A DNA stretch of 64,000 nt from a virus (lineage: Duplodnaviria; Caudoviricetes). The position numbers and the translations under genes are program-made. Below are positions 63,653 to 64,000 of this stretch, piece after piece. The stretch lies in the IMG/VR virus record IMGVR_UViG_3300025000_000055. One strand, 5' to 3'. Under the pieces are notes generated by a model that saw only the letters and a list, made by a program, of their open reading frames with translations, made no database searches and was not told the DNA's origin. How positions within the stretch are numbered: position 1 is the stretch's first letter; each line of letters opens with the position of its first letter.

Positions 63653-64000
63653 TTGTTGAATACTAAGTACAAAAAATGTAAATAATGCCCTTCTAAAATT
63701 ATTTATAGTAGCAAGTCTTTGAGTCTTTTTATATGTTCCTAATTCTTCTAACCAACCATCAAGAACTTTTTTAATTTTAATAATGTTTTTATCAGAAGTA
63801 TTAGATTTTTTATATAGTTCTAGACAATAAACTAAGAATTCATTACTACCAATTTGTTGAATTGTATTTTGCGAATCAAATAAAAATAAAAATAATATAC
63901 TATCAACAATAGTTCTTATTTCATCCCTTTTTTCTTGTACTAACAAAGTTTCTATATAATTTCTTAATTCACTTACACTAACTTGACATAATTTAGCTGA
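63644..64000 (-). CDS. 3' part of a gene starting beyond the window
   Basis: Frame open from 64000 (SAKLCQVSVSELRNYIETLLVQEK...FFVLSIQQNN). Confidence 0.75.
   Translation of the reverse strand, partial: SAKLCQVSVSELRNYIETLLVQEKRDEIRTIVDSILFLFLFDSQNTIQQIGSNEFLVYCLELYKKSNTSDKNIIKIKKVLDGWLEELGTYKKTQRLATINNFRRALFTFFVLSIQQNN

Noticed and set aside
1-64000. tRNA/rRNA genes, reverse transcriptase/DGR, stop-codon reassignment
   Set aside because: No cloverleaf or rRNA-like segments and no RT motifs seen. In-frame stops in core genes are explained by introns, and long ORFs are intact under the standard code.

Overview
A 64-kb segment of a very AT-rich jumbo phage genome of the phiKZ/AR9 type, probably infecting a Firmicute. 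The left end (+ strand) carries virion genes: putative major capsid, terminase, tail sheath and tail tube. The middle (mostly - strand) carries portal, a split family-B DNA polymerase, SbcC, NAD-dependent ligase, a RecA/UvsX homolog, three split RNA-polymerase beta-type subunits and many small hypothetical genes. Two features stand out. (1) Eleven group I introns interrupt seven essential genes. Ten share one near-identical ribozyme scaffold whose internal guide sequence is re-matched to each insertion site, and all ten are in phase 0. One ends in A instead of the universal omega-G, two flank a 15-nt micro-exon in recA, and the eleventh appears to lack P9. (2) Three two-gene modules share a promoter and N-terminus and diverge abruptly at NSKLTG. 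They lie at both ends of the window in inverted orientation, and the left one is followed by ACTAACG/CGTTAGT palindromic sites and a frameshifted tyrosine recombinase, suggesting a cassette-swapping system. Splice junctions were inferred by eye from P1 pairing, terminal nucleotides and restored protein motifs. Protein family calls rest on motif recognition only; no database search was run.
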